Assembly: GCF_000485595.1 (NCBI RefSeq)
Contig: NW_014577077.1
Coordinates: 684,063-748,062 of the forward strand
Direction of reading: 5' to 3'
DNA from: Priapulus caudatus
Taxonomy: Eukaryota
Length of the DNA: 64,000 bases
How positions within the stretch are numbered: the first letter of the stretch is position 1; each line of letters starts with the position of its first letter. Below are positions 63,472-64,000 of this stretch, one piece after another. The position numbers and the translations under genes are program-made. The notes below the pieces were generated by a model. That model saw nothing but the letters and a program-made list of their open reading frames with translations. It was not told where the DNA came from and made no database searches.

Positions 63472-64000
63472 CAGGGCTCGAATTAAGCGACGAGAAGGGC
63501 AAGGCAATTTTTTTAGGGCATGTGAGAAATCGCCTTGAATTTTCTCTAAAATGGAAGGGCACAAAGGCAATTTTAAAAGGCACCAAGGCAACTCTCAAAA
63601 TTTGAGAAGGGCACCAAGGCACTTTTGTAAAATAAAGGAAAACTCATAACAAATTAGTACATCAACATCGTCTTGCTTTTAATGTACAAAACAATATGCC
63701 CCCATGTAAGCTTACACCGTAACACTGACCCCTGTACCCCCCCTCTGCTAATGGAAGTAATGGAAGAAATTTTACATGCCCGCTATCAGGAGCTAATAAT
63801 TATCCGATGCCGTTATTATTCCCTTCTACGACTATCGGTTTTTAGCTCATCATTGCAACTACAGCACGCACGCGCACGTGTTATGTTGATTCGACTAAAA
63901 ACGAAACTAGGGCAGTAGATTAAAGGGCACCGACGGCAATTACACAAAAGGGCAAGGCAGGTGACTGCCGTCGGTCGGGTTGGATTTTCAGGGGCAGTAC
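63472..64000. mobile_element. Independent insertion of the same hAT-type MITE, running off the window
   Basis: Starts CAGGGCTCGAATTAAGCGACG, colinear with 11927-12440, with a different left flank (CACTAGGG). Confidence 0.85.

Overview
AT-rich, repeat-dense genomic DNA from an invertebrate animal (spliceosomal introns, no prokaryotic features, no CRISPR array). Three protein-coding genes can be read. (1) A TRIM71/lin-41 orthologue on the minus strand: two coding exons, 56643-54988 and 53114-52401, about 789 aa, RING/B-box1/B-box2/coiled-coil/filamin/NHL. (2) A CENP-O-like kinetochore gene on the plus strand, not called as a gene in the ORF track; I assembled it by hand from seven phase-compatible exons between 21561 and 49348. 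(3) An HROB/C17orf53-like 5' exon (62404-~63084, +) lying head-to-head with TRIM71 around a TCTCGCGAGA promoter element. Downstream of the TRIM71 stop there are miR-125/lin-4 and clustered let-7 seed matches, two adjacent foldback elements, and a ~75-bp tandem array of CTCF-like motifs. Mobile DNA includes nested non-autonomous transposons (P/Galileo-like foldbacks with 7-bp TSD, a Tc1/mariner derivative, hAT-like elements with 8-bp and 6-bp TSDs, Helentron/HINE-like elements), tRNA-derived SINEs, and a Penelope-like fragment with hammerhead-ribozyme motifs. Much of 1.8-31 kb and parts of 34-50 kb are redundant copies differing by single-base indels, probably noisy long-read gap-filling rather than true duplications. 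All family assignments are from recalled motifs; no searches were run.
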